A stretch of DNA of 24,496 nt, from the NCBI GenBank assembly GCA_043753995.1, contig JAYUVP010000021.1:1-24496 (forward strand), read 5' to 3'. The translations under genes and the position numbers were made by a program. The stretch comes from Fibrobacterota bacterium. Lineage in GTDB: Bacteria; Fibrobacterota; Fibrobacteria; UBA11236. The notes below the pieces were generated by a model. That model saw only the letters and a list, made by a program, of their open reading frames with translations. It ran no database searches and was not told the DNA's origin. Below, one piece after another: positions 24,404-24,496 of the stretch. The stretch's first letter is position 1; each line of letters opens with the position of its first letter.

Positions 24404-24496
24404 CCGTGAACCCAGTTTGAAGCTGGAAGGTCTGTTTTCCCACTTCGCCAATGCCGACCACCCGGAGCATGGCAAAACTCGCGATCAATGGTCTGC
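24354..24496. repeat. Perfect 50-bp inverted repeat (fold-back) at the window end
   Basis: 24354-24403 is the exact reverse complement of 24447-24496, with a 43-nt spacer. Confidence 0.97.
24399..24496 (+). other. alr: Inverted fragment of alr coding sequence
   Basis: The + strand reads LAREPSLKLEGLFSHFANADHPEHGKTRDQWS. This supplies the GxxSHFAxAD motif missing from the - strand copy. Confidence 0.92.

Noticed and set aside
24354..24496. Terminal inverted repeat as a hairpin telomere, MITE, invertible switch or terminator
   Set aside because: Both arms and the spacer are alr coding sequence. No protelomerase, transposase, invertase or target duplication is present.

Overview
Gene-dense, moderately GC-rich (judged by eye) chromosomal segment of a diderm bacterium. 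The gene style is reminiscent of FCB/Fibrobacterota-type MAG or SAG contigs, but this is unverified. Left to right it holds: (1) a truncated TonB-dependent receptor and two periplasmic binding-type proteins downstream of cheX, where the gene coupled to cheX starts like a CheY receiver and then switches to a secreted protein; (2) a PlpD-like patatin/beta-barrel protein with degenerate active-site motifs; (3) cutA-thpR; (4) a PilH/PilI-like ABC transporter; (5) a translationally coupled pair of paralogous multi-TM/TPR/C39-like proteins, one with a Cys-His-Asp triad and one without, plus a probable lipoprotein; (6) a single-gene fusion of phosphoglycosyl transferase, STAS-like domain and polysaccharide deacetylase; (7) mnmG divergent from an EVE protein; (8) a probably sigma54-driven minor-pilin operon (orf-pilV-pilW-pilX1-pilX2, no pilY1); (9) a lipoprotein; (10) the 3' part of alr, ending in a perfect 50-bp fold-back that looks like an amplification or assembly chimera. 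The best candidate for an undescribed system is the pair of tandem 291-aa PilX-like pilins. Each carries a CxxCH-containing Cys/His module between two long Thr/Val/Ile-rich beta segments, suggesting a heme- or metal-binding knob on a stalk at the pilus tip. No rRNA, tRNA, CRISPR array or transposase was seen.
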